DNA of 64,000 nucleotides from Oculina patagonica (Eukaryota): NCBI RefSeq assembly GCF_052425735.1, contig NC_135769.1, positions 11,842,001 to 11,906,000 of the forward strand, read 5' to 3'. Shown piece by piece: positions 13,886 to 27,000 of this stretch (position 1 is its first letter; each line of letters starts with the position of its first letter). The notes under the pieces were generated by a model. It saw only the letters and a program-made list of their open reading frames with translations, ran no database searches and was not told where the DNA came from. The position numbers and the translations under genes were made by a program.

Positions 13886-14706
13886 ATGAATCCTACTTTT
13901 GTTTTGCTGTTATTTTTGGCAAATTGCTGTCAGCTTTGTTCTGCTGTGGAAGGTAAGACCACAGTGCTCATGCAGTCAACTCTGTCAGTTCTACGATGAA
14001 GATATAATTCTCCTAACCGAGAAAAAGCATTTACTTTAGTGCCAGTTTTCTGTTTTTACCTGTTTGGTCGAACAGCGGTCCCTCCTCTCCATTATATATT
14101 GTTTGTAATCTGAAAGCCGTTTTGTCCTGGTATATACACAGTCTCAATCGTTTAAATTTCTGTTTTTCTATTCTCGCAGAAACCGCAAGCTCTAGTACTC
14201 TTTACTCCAGCTCACAAACATCCAGTGCTTGGTCCCAGGAAAGTACATCAAGCCTTGAATCAACACCGTCGCTAGAGACTACTTCTATTACTTCATCCTC
14301 GCTCAGTAGCAGTAGCTGGGACTGGGGATGGGACGAGGAGACCGCGTCATCGAGTAGCGTGGTCTCCACTACCTCAACATACAGCGGGTGGTCCAAGCTC
14401 TCCAGTACAAGCTCAGCCGAGTCGGACTGGATTCCAACACCAATCTCCAGTACAATCATGTCAAGTTCTTCCATCCCCTCTATTGAGACGCTGTTTGTGT
14501 ACATGTACGAGGCACTGGAACGTGATCATCTCGGCAAAAGACGAAAGAGGCGCGAACTCAAAACACCGGGTGTTCTACAGAAGAGCAAACGGGATTTCCG
14601 TGAAGACAAGCAAAGCCAGTTGATGAAAAGAAAAGCACTGGGGCTCAAATCAAAAGATTTTATCAAGGAGATGTTGCAGCGTGCTTTGAAGAAAAGGTCC
14701 TCCTAG
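13886..14706 (+). CDS. Uncharacterised 197-aa secreted Ser/Thr-rich precursor with basic cleavage sites; coding exons 13886-13952 and 14180-14706
   Basis: Signal-peptide-like MNPTFVLLLFLANCCQLCSA-VE ends at a G|GTAAG donor (13953). Acceptor TTCTCGCAG at 14179. The phase-1 join restores E-T-A-S-S-S in the 14122..14706 ORF. An upstream acceptor at 13853 implies a non-coding first exon. Confidence 0.8.
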
Positions 14707-15995
14707 GAAACGGATACTGAAAGAAAGAGCGCTTAGCTTATTGCTTCAAAAATAGCTGTAAATTAGACTAACACAGGAGTAACACAACTGTGGAAAACAC
14801 TTATTGTAGAAACGAAGCGATCTTATAGCTTTGTAGAGACGGCCAGCTGTTTGGGCCTTTAGCAAAAAAACGTCATAAAGTACAGACAAAATTAACTTTA
14901 GATTGAAGGACATTTCTTAATAATAGTTAGGCAAGGAAAAGAAATGTAAGAGAAAGGTGAAGTTGAAAAATATTTTAAAAACTCATGATTCACGTAGATA
15001 CCGTTTTGATCTTACATTTTGTCACAAACATGCTTGCATGCTCGAGAGCCGTTTTAGGCACCGCGCCTGCGTATATCGTCTTGAGTTTATACTTATCGCA
15101 CATGTGATACGATCACCGTTGCTTTGAACTACGCACTTTGCATGCTTCAGGCCCCTTGTCGAATAGGTTTAGCAAGAGCGAGAAATTAAAGAGCAGGAAG
15201 TAAGATTTATTGGAGTGGAAAAAACAAGAACCGTTCTTTCAGTCTACAAAAAACGTATAGTTAAGTTCGATCTCGGGTTATTGCGGAGGTTTGCCCGTTT
15301 TTTTTTTTAGCATAGACGCAGTATATTGCGAGAAACAGTTGGTAAAGTTTCGCGTCCAGATCAACTGCCTGTAATAAATGGGCACCGCTTGTAAAGGCAG
15401 GTTTTTTTTTTCAATTTATGATATTTGTTTAATTTTTTTTATTATTTTGATCAAAAGCGTAACGTAACTGCTGCCACTTTTACAGTGTAAAGTGATGGTT
15501 CATTTGTATGATTGTTAACCTTCGCTATCACCTTTTATCGGATTTTAACATATTAAAAGTTTAAATACGCAATTACCTGTTGGTTCTATATTATGTACCG
15601 ACTTTCCCGTGGTAGGCGAGCCAGAAATAGGCAAAGAATATACATGGAAAAAAGCTGACCCGTCCCTCAGTATCACTCATGTTCAAAGAGAAGTGACCAT
15701 CCACCCAGAGTCACCCTTCCCCCACCCCCACCAACAACCCCATCCCCCATCCCAAGCCAAGTTGTAATTTTCCATGTAAACGGTTTGCTGTTATTCAATA
15801 AGAAATGTGTGTCTATAGAAAGTGAACTTCCTACAAGGAAACCGATCCTAACAAGGGAATAAAAATAATAATAAAATAAAAAACGCAAACACCGACCCTC
15901 CATCTCTGTGATCATGAAAACCCAAGTCTTTAAAACATCTTTCTTTATTATAAAACTTTTAAATCTTCCAGTTGCTATACACGTTTATATTTATT

Positions 15996-17106
15996 TTATT
16001 TTGAAACTGAGGAAAGTTGATCTCTAATTTTTCCGAGTCCGTCCAACATGGTGTCTAACTTCTCCTTTGTTAGCTCTACGTTCAGACGGCGAACCGCTGG
16101 CATGCAGTTCTGTTCCGTCGCGTTCTCTTGAACCTGTAAAAAAAAAATTGTTTAAAGTCGTGGAGTTATATCTTATTGAGGTTTGTGAAGTGAAATCGTG
16201 GACAAAGTGTTTTTCACTTAAAGGGACTGTGTTACGGCTGAGTTAAGTTTAGTTTATTAAATTTTGCTAAAAACTTGCTATGGAACTTTACGGTTGCAAA
16301 GAAATTAACTCATTTGACCTAGATGACAAAACCATAGCTTCATTGCAACCAAATAAGTCTCCCGGGCGTTTTTATTTAAAGTTTCAAGCAAACGAGACTA
16401 ACTTTGAAAACTGTTCAGTCCAACACTTGAATATTGCAAAAACCCATCTCGCAATCCATTTCAATCTTCGTCACTTTTGGCCAATCCGTACCTTCTTTTG
16501 TATTTGTTGTGTTGTTGAAATGATTTTTTTATTTCACCGAAATTGTTGGTCATTTTCTATGCCTAAATTTGGCTAAAATCCGTGACACAGTCCCTTTAAA
16601 GTGTCAAAAGTAGTTCGCGTTTTCTTTGGTTTTGCGTTACCACGCTTAGTGATTGGTTTAAGACTCCCGCCTTTCTCATCCAATCACAAGTAAAACTAAA
16701 CCCAAGCGTGACTCGCTCGCGCACGTTTTCCCGCGCTTCATGCCGGTTTGAATAGGGTGTCAGTTTTTATGTTTGGGCCTTTGAAAAAAAGGGAACAGTT
16801 TTCCATCTTCTATCCTTACATAGGGTCAGGCTTTAAAACCTTTGCGGCACACACCTATCCCAAATTTACTGGAGCACGGTGCACCTACCCCCTCCCCCTG
16901 CGGTTTCTTGCACTCACCTGTAGCTGCATAATACATGTTGGCATGGACATTCTACTGATAGCGTTGGATGACGTTTTCACGTCCACTCTCCAATCAAAAT
17001 CAATCAGCTTTGGCAGTGAAACTACGGAGGAGAAATGAAAAATTTCCTGCCCACTTTAAAATGCCGAACCAGACTTACGCAAAGGAATGCGAAAAAAATA
17101 ATAATG

Positions 17107-17160
<54 letters not shown>

Positions 17161-20100
17161 GTTAAAGTATAATGACTTTTGCATTATACAAAATGCAGTG
17201 AACCGTCACCAGTAATAAGTTACGAAGCTATAGCCTGAATTTCAGACCTTCCTCATTGGTCGCCTACTACCGAGAAGGGACGTCTGAACAAATCTGGCCC
17301 TAATGCCGTCCGGTAATGTCACTACACTTTGGTTTAATTCATGCGGGAAAGTTTCAGTCGAGGCCATGAATTTGTGAAAGAAAAAATCGCTTCTATAAAG
17401 GATTACAGGGTGTAAAATTGTTTTTCTTTTCTTTTCTTTTCCGTTTCAACATCCTGTGCACAGCCTGACTTTTAAACGGTTTTAAAAAGTTGCTTGCAAC
17501 AGCTTTACACTCATCCTTATTCAAGCTCCCTGAAGTGGGGTTTTCAGCACTAATGAAAAATTACTATTTATAATGCACAATAATTGATTAATATGGTAAT
17601 CACAATTAATCAAGCTGAAGGTGAAAGAGTCGCCATACCTTGCTCATTTGTTGCATTTGTCCTCCATAATGGCCTACAAATGACCATAAAAAATATTTTC
17701 ACTTTGGTGAAAGAACTTTGGCATCTCTTACACAAGGCTATTAATTATAGATAATTTTACATACATGTTCTCTGCAATGATCTTGGAGATGAGCTCTCTT
17801 AGATTCTTGTGGAAATTCTCTGAAGAAAGTAAGAACACAATGACAATAATTATTACCGAAAGATATTGTTGATAATTATTTCTGATATATTAAGCGTGAT
17901 AATGCCATAATAAAGAAAGACTTGCTAATTACTATTTACACGCTCCAATCTAACCTCTGGCTCCAAGAGTTGTCTCTTTTCTATTTGTTAATCAAATTTG
18001 AGCCACAAAGCCAATTATATAACATTTGACAATGCACCAACCTGGAAACAACTCATAGACTGCTTTTGGCTCTGTCAGGCATTCAAACAGTGCAGCACAT
18101 ACTACAGATATAAGGCTCTCTAACAACTAGAAAAAGTCAAGGTTACCATTAATATCAAGAACACTGTTAAACATCTAACATCTCAGTCTGGTAAACTGTA
18201 TTCTCAGTAACAATAACATATATTTAATTTGTATTCACGAAGTACAACAAGTTAATAACCTGTATTCTGGCTCAGAGGCAGATCTAGAAAATTCAGAGAG
18301 GGGAAAGGGGGCAAAAACATTTTGACAAGGTCGCAACCTTGAAAGACGGTTGGTTAAATTTTTTCAAAGCAAATCGAAGGAAAAGGGGGGCATCCCCCCT
18401 CTAAATCTGCCCATGTTGTGGCTGTGTAGTAACAACAAAGTACAAATTATTAAAAATTATAATCAAAACCAGCCAATTGCATAGAATTTTCAATAATGAG
18501 AACTAGTTACTAATTCATCAGTTAATAACTTAATATACAGACATTTGATTAATTTTGTTCATTCAAATATAGTTGTTACTGGTAAAAGCCATTCTGGCAT
18601 TGACTGTCTTACCTGCCTTGCTTCATCAAGCCCAGCATCTAAGGATGTGGAGACATTCTTTAGAACAGATATTGGAACTGCAACACAAAATAATAATGGT
18701 CTTAATAAACTTACAGTAATTGTTAAAGTTTTAACCTGTCAGAACTATCTCTTAAGTCACACAAAGTGCTCTGTAAGCCTATGTAAAAGGTGCTTTATGG
18801 AAGTAATTCCAAAATCCCTGGATTATTATCATTATTTTTTAAGGAACCCCAGGGGGGTATTCAGGATTTCAAGTGACAGGGATAATCAAATAGGGGCAAA
18901 AATCAAGACCCTAAAAAATCCCTAGGGCTTCCAACATCACCCAAAAATTCCTAGATTAAAAATTGACCCCTCAAAAATTAACCGCAAAACATGTTTGTAC
19001 TTAATTCGCAGAACTACACAGCCAAGGCACTACCACAAATCTTCAGATTGCTTTTAATACCCCAAAACATCCCTAATAAAAAAATTCCTACCCAAAAAAA
19101 ATCACAGAATTGAAAATTTCAAACCCCCAAAAATCCATTGATCGTCCCGGCCACTTGAAATCCTGAGTACCCTCCCCCCCCCCCCACACACACACACACA
19201 CACACACCCCTGGTAAGGAACACTAACATAGCAAGGGGGAGGGTCCGGCTCCATAAAACGTTATGGACTGAGACGATTGTCAGAAGGGCCTTTGGGCTGG
19301 CACAATGGCTCCAACTTGTTTACTTGAACCTGGTGTATCCAATTAAACAAAATCGCACCAAAAATCAATCGAACCCAATCAAACACCAATTGTTTGATTG
19401 GGTTCGGTAATCGAACAAAATTGAACATCTATTTTGCTGTGAGTTCGATTTTCAAACCAATCGGACCAATCAAATGCAATCGAACTCAATCCGATTCGAT
19501 TTTGTTTGGAAATATCCGTCTCTTGACAAGTAAATCATGCAGGACTAACTAGGGGGACAGTGCACCATACAAAATGTCCACAATATAAACAAACAGGAGT
19601 TTGGTAATCAAATGTTGGATTGTTGACTGTTCGTTAATCAAATGTTTGATTTTGTTTGATTGACCAAATTTTATTGTGAGTTCGATTATGTTCGATTACT
19701 GAACCCAATCGAACGATTGGTGTTCGATTGGGTTCGATTACCAAAGGTTCAATTGGATATTCCGGGCTTCAAAAATCTATTTTCTTTGCACGCTGGTGAT
19801 ACTGATGCATTTTGTAAACCAGTGTAATAGGAACTTACCTGTGTCATTTCTATACCTGAATGCCTCGTGGAAAAGGGTTCGAACAAATTCTTTAGACTGG
19901 GCCTAGAATCAAAACATTGAAGCTTGGTAAATATTTATAAGCATTTTAGTCAGCTAGGGGCTATGGAGAGAAGTCTGAATCTTAGTTTGCATGTTATAGC
20001 TCAAACTGTGCCTTTCTGGTTTTTTTTTTTACTCTACCGTGGGCAGTTGGACAGCTCGATTTCTCCATTGTGGGCATTTTCCAACCTTCTTTTACTTAAA

Positions 20101-20357
20101 GCTAACGATATCGGGGCCAGGAGGACGAGCATTGCTGAAATTGATTGATCCATGAGTATCAGCAGGTAACTGAGAACTTTGTCATTTGCTAATGAATTCA
20201 GTGGAAGCGCTTTTATTGATACAGTAAGATTCTTAACATTGCAACCTAGATATCTCCATGTGTCTCTACCCTTTTAAAATGGTTCCACAAAGAAATCTCT
20301 CACCTTGAGCAACAACTTTAGAGGGGGAAAGAGATCTTCGTCCAGAACCACCGCCAT
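15996..20357 (-). CDS. COMMD9: COMM domain-containing protein 9, 199 aa; exons 20357-20304, 19902-19839, 18677-18613, 18126-18042, 17819-17765, 17673-17639, 17021-16918, 16133-15996
   Basis: Spliced product MAVVLDEDLFPPLKLLLKAQSKEFVRTLFHEAF...LFPENFHKNLRELISKIIAENM...VSLPKLIDFDWRVDVKTSSNAISRMSMPTCIMQLQ...VELTKEKLDTMLDGLGKIRDQLSSVSK* matches the COMMD9 sequence I recall. The exons total 600 nt, all GT-AG and in phase. Confidence 0.95.
16222..16595. mobile_element. Non-autonomous DNA transposon with TTAA TSD (Kolobok-like termini) in a COMMD9 intron
   Basis: TTAA|AGGGACTGTGTTACGG ... CCGTGACACAGTCCCT|TTAA. Confidence 0.85.
17101..17160. repeat. (AAT)n microsatellite
   Basis: Directly visible. 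It explains the poly-Asn in ORF 16968..17165. Confidence 0.95.
19329..19767. mobile_element. MITE with AATCGAAC/GTTCGATT internal repeats
   Basis: CCTGGTGTATCCAATTAAAC vs GTTCAATTGGATATTCCGGG form imperfect TIRs. Confidence 0.65.
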
Positions 20358-20638
20358 CTTTGACACTAACCTTCCCTGGGAGGGGTGGGACAACTGTACA
20401 ATAACTCCAAAAAGTTGTCAGCGAGTAAAAGACCCTTGAAAACTGTTTAAGCAAAATTATATGAAAGAACATTTTATTCTCCTATTCTTCCAGCCATGCA
20501 AGTAAAATAATAAAAGAAGGCAAGTACTTTTAAGGACCGTAATTACTCTTCCCTATGTAGTACCCCAGGGGTGAACATTTTGACATCAATGCTTGCCTTA
20601 GTAACCACGCGTCGGTGACGTTCGACCAGCAGAAAAAC
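20358..20638. promoter_or_regulatory. Probable bidirectional promoter and 5' UTRs between COMMD9 and IDI1
   Basis: Divergent ATGs only about 280 bp apart. Both lie in YY1/Kozak-like ATGGCG contexts (AAGATGGCGG on -, AACATGGCG on +). Confidence 0.65.
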
Positions 20639-20653
20639 ATGGCGAGTTTGTAA

Positions 20654-22051
<1,398 letters not shown>

Positions 22052-22216
22052 ACTACTGGTTAAGGAAAGTACTTCCTCGTGGAGTAAAAAATTTCATAGT
22101 TTTATTATATTTGAGATACTGTACTTTCATAATTTATACAATGTAGTTTCTTTGCTTTTAAAGGGGAATAGTTTAGTAATCCCATATCTGTAATTATTAT
22201 AATTTATGAAAGTTAA

Positions 22217-22773
22217 GGTGGCTGAACAGAGTTTCTGCATGCTCTTTGGATTTAAGTCCAAGGGTACATGCTCAAGGCTTTGAGACAAACAAAATTTAAA
22301 TGCTGTGCATGCACAGTTGATGAAAAACATGTTTTATTGTCTTTCCAGAAAGGCACAATTATTTCTAACGAACCAGTCATTAGAATTTTAAGAAATTTTG
22401 CAAGGTTGTACTTTAGAAAACAAGAAAACTGCTGATTACAAAACCTTTCTAGGACATTACGTAAAAACATAAAGCTACAAAAAATTAAAATTCCTTCTGT
22501 TAAACTTTATTGTTATTTTATTGTTATTTTACTTTAATGTTAAAATCTCAGAATTTTTCTGTGTTAATTGTACACAAACAATGCACAAAAATCTATTGAG
22601 TGAATTTTCTGAAATTAAGAGGAATTCAACTTTTTTGGTTAATTTATAATAAGCTGGGTTTCCATGTTAATGCAACATGGTCTTTCGCAACACGCAAAAA
22701 TTACAAATGAATTAGCTGATCTTGTAAACTGCCAGTTTTGAGCTCAAAGATTGGAAAACTGTGTTCAGCCACC
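22217..22773. mobile_element. Non-autonomous DNA transposon with TTAA TSD just downstream of the IDI1 stop
   Basis: TTAA|GGTGGCTGAACAGAGTTT ... AAACTGTGTTCAGCCACC|TTAA. Confidence 0.85.
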
Positions 22774-24041
22774 TTAAATTGTTGTTATGGACAATTTATT
22801 TACATGATCCTTGTGAGACAAAAAGACCAGACACACATTTCTATGGTATGGTTTAAAGGTTCATTGAACATGTTGAATGTTAGTATAATTGACCAAGTGG
22901 TGAAGAGGGGAGGTAAATTTCCACCACATTCACTAATCACAGACACTGAGGTGAATGATTGTTTTAGTATATACCACACAAGCTGAATAACAAGCAGACC
23001 AAAACATCACTTTTGGTAACCAAAGTGACACAGGAAGCCACATTGTTTCTCTTTATCTGCTTGGAGGCGAATAGTACTTTGCTAATTACCTCCAAGTTAA
23101 CAATTCAAAGCATGCTTAAAGAACTATTCACTTGTGTGGTATATACTAACAATTGGTACTCATAAGTATTGTACATACAAATGTAAAAGGTACACTGTAT
23201 TCTTCAGAGTATGTTTTATGTACAGGCATTGAAGTACATGTAGATTGCGTGGCAGGTGCAGCAGTGTTATAGGGTGCAAGTAGAATGGGAGCACATCTCC
23301 TCCCTTTAAGGTACCCCTTCAACTCACAAAATGTCTAGATCAAGTTTAAATTTTTGTGGTATATTGAGTCTGCAGTACAAAAGTATAGAACGGTTGTATT
23401 TGCATACAAAACTGTCTATAATTATTCCATTTGCATTCATGGATATAAGTAATATATTAGTAAAAAATCATTATTCTGCTTTTAATTAGAGTAATCAAGA
23501 TGGTTTTTTCATGGTTGCATTAAAATACAGCTCTAGTGAGTGTGTTACCAGTTTAAAGCTTTATAACCTTTGCTAGGTGTTTCGTTCACATTATACACAC
23601 AGTATAACTTAACTTGATTTTTTATCTTTCATTCCTCTAAATTTTTAATAAAAGCAAGAAACGGACTCAAGATTTTGTAGATGAGCTTAACAAAACCTGT
23701 TGGTCTTTAAAATTTTTAAAATTTTAACATAAAAATGTTCTGAGCATAACCTGATGCTCTGTAGCCACCTGTATTTGCATTTAGAAACAAAATCTCTAGG
23801 GCCAGCCTATTTTTTTTACAGCATAATTGATTAAAAGTGAAATAAATATTGCTTGTGAATAAAAAATACAATTTTAAAACAATCCTTTAAGTATCCCAGT
23901 AACCAAAAAAGTAACAAATATCTTGCACTGCACTGAGAATTGCCAAGAACATGGATTTGCAATCTAAGGTTACAAAAATTAATTAATTATACATTGTACA
24001 ACATGTCCAACTTCAAGCTTCACGGATACATCGCTTGCATT

Positions 24042-27000
24042 TTAATGTGACGTTTCCAAGGTTTCACTGTACTTGGATTCATCTTCAAGTCGCAGTGTCG
24101 CCCATTTGTTTGGAATACTAATCTTATTCCATGAGTTGGCAAAGTCCACAAACTTGTCCCAGAAGTCTGGCTTTGTAGATTCCTCAAAGTACCCATTCTC
24201 ATTGGCAAATTTGCGCTGTGTAGGATAGGATAGGATAGTATAACTTTATTTAAACACAGTATTTCCATCGGCCTATTTAAAAACTATTATTTACTAACTA
24301 ACTATCTACTTACCTAACTACAAGTACAACAAAATAAAAAAAATACAAATCAATAGAGGCTGCTTTTCTTGGAGGCCATGTATAACACTTACTTAAAAAT
24401 TGTGGCAAATCAACTTTGCTTTAAAATCATTTAAAGAGATAGCTTGCCATAATTCTAGGGGTAGGCTGTTCCACAACTGAGCACCACTGTATGAGAAAGT
24501 TCTCTTTAAATACATGTAGTAAGTGCGTGGTTGTGGAAGAGCTGGTTTGTTTTCAGTGTCCCTTAAACGGTAAGCATTCAGGCTATCATGAAAAACAAAA
24601 CTTGAAGTCAAATATTCTGGTGTCAGCCCATGCAAGGTCTTATACATCATAATAGCTTTCATTTCTAATTTTTGATGACAGAGATTTTGCCACCCTGGTG
24701 CGCGGGACAAATTGTTTATAAGCGAGCTGCACGATTTTGAAGCTTCTGAAGCTTATCAGATAGGCCTTTGTTACAGCCTCCCCACACAATATGGGGAGGC
24801 TGTGTATGTAGCAATAAAAAGGTTAGTCAGAATGGATGTGTTGATATGGAAATCAGTTCTAATTAATTGACAACAACAAAGTTTTACCAAGAGCATTGCA
24901 GTTTTGGCTGCATTCTTCATGTCCTCCTCCTTGTTCTTGAACGGGGCATACAGTTTAGCTGTGAATTCTGCTATTTTTAGGTGGTTTAACTTTCTATTTA
25001 GCACCTGCAATGCAATTATATCACTATTATAACAACGTACTATTATGATGATGAAATAAAAAAAAACTTACAATAGTTTGGCAGTTAACAAGACAGTTTA
25101 CCTTTCCCTCTTCTATACTTACATGTAAACCTATTAAATCCCAGTGTACCCTTTACAAACCTCCAGCTAGAAAATAGCCCCCCTTTTGGTTTGAGCCCCC
25201 CCCCCCCCTGTCCACAATAGGGATTACCACCCTCCCCCACCCCTTCTCTGGAACATGTTTTGGTTAGGTAACAGGTTTTAACATGTTAGGGTCACACCTT
25301 TTTCCTGATGTCTGCTCTCCATAAAGTGTATTTTTCCTTGCAATACGACACACAACTTGAGACGTGGTGGGCATCAACTTTGTCAGCTCCTCCCAACAAG
25401 ATCTCAATTTTTTCCTGAGAAAAATTGCAATGTTAGATGAAAAAGTTTTGTTTCAAGCCATGATCGATATTATATATAATGATTACTTGTTAGGATATTA
25501 CAAACCCTAATAGTAAAGCCCGGACTTTTCTGTAATACCCATGGGCTATGGGATTTTCTCTGAAATACAATCCTTGCATTCCATTGGTTAATAATTAAGA
25601 AGGAAGGAATTTTAATACAGTGTGCAGCAATCATTGCATTTGCAATCAAATTTCCTTTGTTTCATGAAAATTACCGTTAATAATGAAAATTAATAAAAGA
25701 CAAACAATGAAATGGAAGTCAAACTGGGGTGAGAAATTTCTAGTCAAAACAAGGTCAACAAATAAATAATCCTTAAATCTAGTTACCTTTAATTTTTCCA
25801 AAGACCCATGGACAAGCCACGGTCCATTTGTCACAAACATCTCCTTTGCTTTTAGAACCAGTTCCCGCTGCACAAACAATTACAAAAAATCAAAAGAAAA
25901 CAATAAATGCAATGAGAAAACAAACATTCTTCACCTACAGGTACACATGTACATGCAGAGCATGCAACGGCCACCAGACAAATTCAAGCACAAAATTTTA
26001 AAGGACCCTAGTCAGCCACACCTTTGTTTTTGTTTGCATACGAGAATTTCGGTATTATATTTTACCCGGAGCGCGTCCAAACAAAAGAGATCGCTGTAAA
26101 ACTGTTTAAGGTAATTTAACAGACTTCTAGTAACACAACTTACAGCAATCCAATAAGATTTCACTTCACCACCACACAATTTTCATAATTTCGATGTCAT
26201 CGAAAATGGCAGAGGCTGACTAGGGTCCTGTTTTGGTTCTCAAAATAAACAATACTGCTACTTATATACAGTACCGCTCAAAAGTAAGTTACCACCCTCT
26301 CGCGAGACGCGATTCTCGTCTCTCGAGACGAGACACTCGTCTCGCGAGACGCTTGTAAAAACTGCAAGTTCACGACTCTAACTTCTCTCGAGATTTTAAT
26401 TACCCATTGTTAACCATACATGTAGAAAAAATAAGCGAGCGAACATCGCCTAGCAAAGATTACCTGTGGTTGAAAACAGAAAATGTGCCGTTTGACATGT
26501 CGACCATTCAAGCGAGTTCTTTCTTCCCCGAATATCGCTTGTATTCCAAAGCAAAAGTCTTATTCAAAGTTGTATGTTTAAAATCGAAATCATTTCGTCC
26601 GTGGCTATCTAAATCACGGTTTTCAGTCAAGAAAAGAAACGCTTCGAAATTTATCGAGCGATCTTTGCACGGCTTTCTGGCGGTAAATTTCGTCTGAACC
26701 CTGTAGCGGCCAAAGAAATTATATTTGATCGGTTCAACAAGCCTACTTTCGAATACTTGTTACATATGCTATCCCAAACTGAAATTTAACCGTTACCAAG
26801 AACTTAAAAGGCTAAACAGAACAAGCGAACTGCAAGCGAACTCCGTATTCGTAGTTTACACGTAATGAAAATTATGACAAGTTGTTTATTTACACAGCAT
26901 GTCTGGGTCTCTGAGAGAATTCGCGTCATTCTCGAAATGAAAAATTTTATCCATGTTTTTCTAGCGTTGAAGACTTCGGTTTCAACGACCATTTTCTTGT

